Assembly (NCBI RefSeq): GCF_006345805.1
Contig: NC_042997.1
Coordinates: 212,536,001 to 212,600,000 of the forward strand
Direction: 5' to 3'
DNA: 64,000 nucleotides
From: Octopus sinensis
Lineage: Eukaryota
Shown here: one piece after another, positions 62,323 through 64,000 of the stretch
Layout of the letters: every line of letters begins with the position of its first letter
Numbering within the stretch: position 1 is the stretch's first letter
The notes under the pieces: model-generated
Databases searched by the model: none
The model's input: the letters and a program-made list of their open reading frames with translations, nothing else
Told to the model about the DNA's origin: nothing
Translations under genes and position numbers: made by a program

Positions 62323-63060
62323 TCATCATCATTTAATGTTTGTTGTCCATGCTGGCCTGGGTTGAAAGGCTTGACATGGAGCTGGGCAGCCAGGGAGCTG
62401 TCCAGCCACCAATTGTCTGCTATGGCCTGATTTCTAAGGCTGGATGTCCTTCCAAATGTCAACCACTGCATTTACACAACACTGGCATTGAGTGCATTTT
62501 ATGTGACACCAGCAAAGGACAAGCCTGCATGTATGGATGACAGCAGTTTTACTTAGCTTGACACATCTTCTCAAGTACAGCAAATCCCCACATCCCCTGT
62601 TCCCTTGTGATTTCCTCAGTGAGGCCCAGTTCTGAAGATCCTTTCTCACCACTTTGTCCCCCTGGGTCTACTCCTTCCACAGGTTCCCCTCACGATTACA
62701 GCTTGGTACTTCTTTATGCAGCTGTCCTCATCCATACACATCACATCATCATACCAGCACAGACCTCCCTCTTGCCCACAACATCCGATGCCTCTTACAA
62801 ACAGTTTTCCTCTTAAAATCATTCACACTCTCTCGTGTATGCACACTGACATTACCCATCCAGCAGAGCATGTTAGCTTCATCTCTTTCAAACCTTCACA
62901 GGTCCTCCATAGTCAAAGCCCATGTTTCTCTGCCATGTAACATAGCTGGATGTACACAGGCAGCATACAATCTGCCTTTCACTTCGAGGGAGAAGCCATT
63001 AGTTACCAACAAAGGTAGAAACTCTCTCTGAACTTTGCCAGCCTCTTGAATATCCTTCCT
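62323..63060 (-). mobile_element. RTE LINE 3' remnant with family D tail
   Basis: REFLPLLVTNGFSLEVKGRLYAACVHPAMLHGRETWAL. Confidence 0.85.
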
Positions 63061-63285
63061 TCTACTAACAGGGGGTGAAAATTGCTTATGATAGCATGAA
63101 ATTGTAACACTATCAATAACTTCTTTGTCATGATTAGCTCCAGTGAAACCAATCGACAATGTAAATATTACATTTCATAAAAAAAAATATATTTTGCCCA
63201 ACATAAAATTTCTCTGCATTTTCCTTTTTATATTTTTCACTACAGTTCACCGCTTGGAAAAACTTTTTTTTACTCAAACTATTTC

Positions 63286-63354
<69 letters not shown>

Positions 63355-63921
63355 GTATATACACACACACACACACATACACACACCCTATTCACATAGC
63401 AAATACTGGTGTAATTTCCGATCAACGTTTTCTGTTAAACCAGAACATTTATCCATTTTTAGATTTTAAAAAAAAATTCTAAAAAAAAAAAAATCAAAAA
63501 AGAATCATACTCTTGAACAATTTTGACCTTAATATCCACCCATGACTTCCACTCTGACTTTCACTCATACACACCAATCAATCAGTTTGATGTTCTCCCA
63601 ATAGATCTATACCATATGCCACCAATCAACCAGCTTCCAGTGAACAATCCCTTCGTGATCTTTAACTGTTTCTACTTTGGAAATTGTTTTAAAACTTTAT
63701 TTCTGTTTTATTTCCATGGATTTCCTTCCTCTCGTTCTTTCGATTCTTCTTCTTCTCATCACTGTCGTTGTCATCATCATTATCATCATTTCTTTTGTAT
63801 AGTCCAAATTGATCAATTTGTCTGATTGATTGACAAAATGATTGATTAACTGTTCATCTATTCAGACATATTAAATTGATTGCAAATCTATTTTTTCATC
63901 TGTTCATTTATCAAATGTTGA

Positions 63922-63952
<31 letters not shown>

Positions 63953-64000
63953 TAGCTTTCATCTTTATTCATTTCAGTTTTATTGCTGTGAAAGAAAAAA

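Overview
This is repeat-saturated, AT-rich eukaryotic DNA with no intact protein-coding gene. The repeat mix (RTE, Dong/R4, CR1/L2 and Penelope retroelements, three tRNA-derived SINE families, mariner/Tc1, Helitron, piggyBac-like MITE, abundant (TA)n/(CAT)n/(GAA)n) suggests a coleoid cephalopod such as Octopus; that assignment is an inference. Almost all listed ORFs are decayed transposon fragments or microsatellite artefacts. The main signal is a set of minimal type I hammerhead ribozymes (HHRs) in non-coding repeats. A near-perfect 6.2 x 404-bp array (56498-58984) carries one intact HHR per unit. A 2 x 370-bp array (701-1440) carries an unrelated HHR on the minus strand, and a solo degenerate HHR lies at 53.4 kb. 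All three have the palindromic helix III typical of Penelope-associated/retrozyme HHRs, and a Penelope GIY-YIG fragment is also in the window. Other items: a 100-bp-stem hairpin, locally templated inverted duplications, SINE/LINE shared 3' tails (one with a covarying stem-loop), a GC-rich promoter-like insert, a 39-bp minisatellite and a ~650-bp polypurine tract. All calls were made by eye; boundaries of decayed repeats are approximate.
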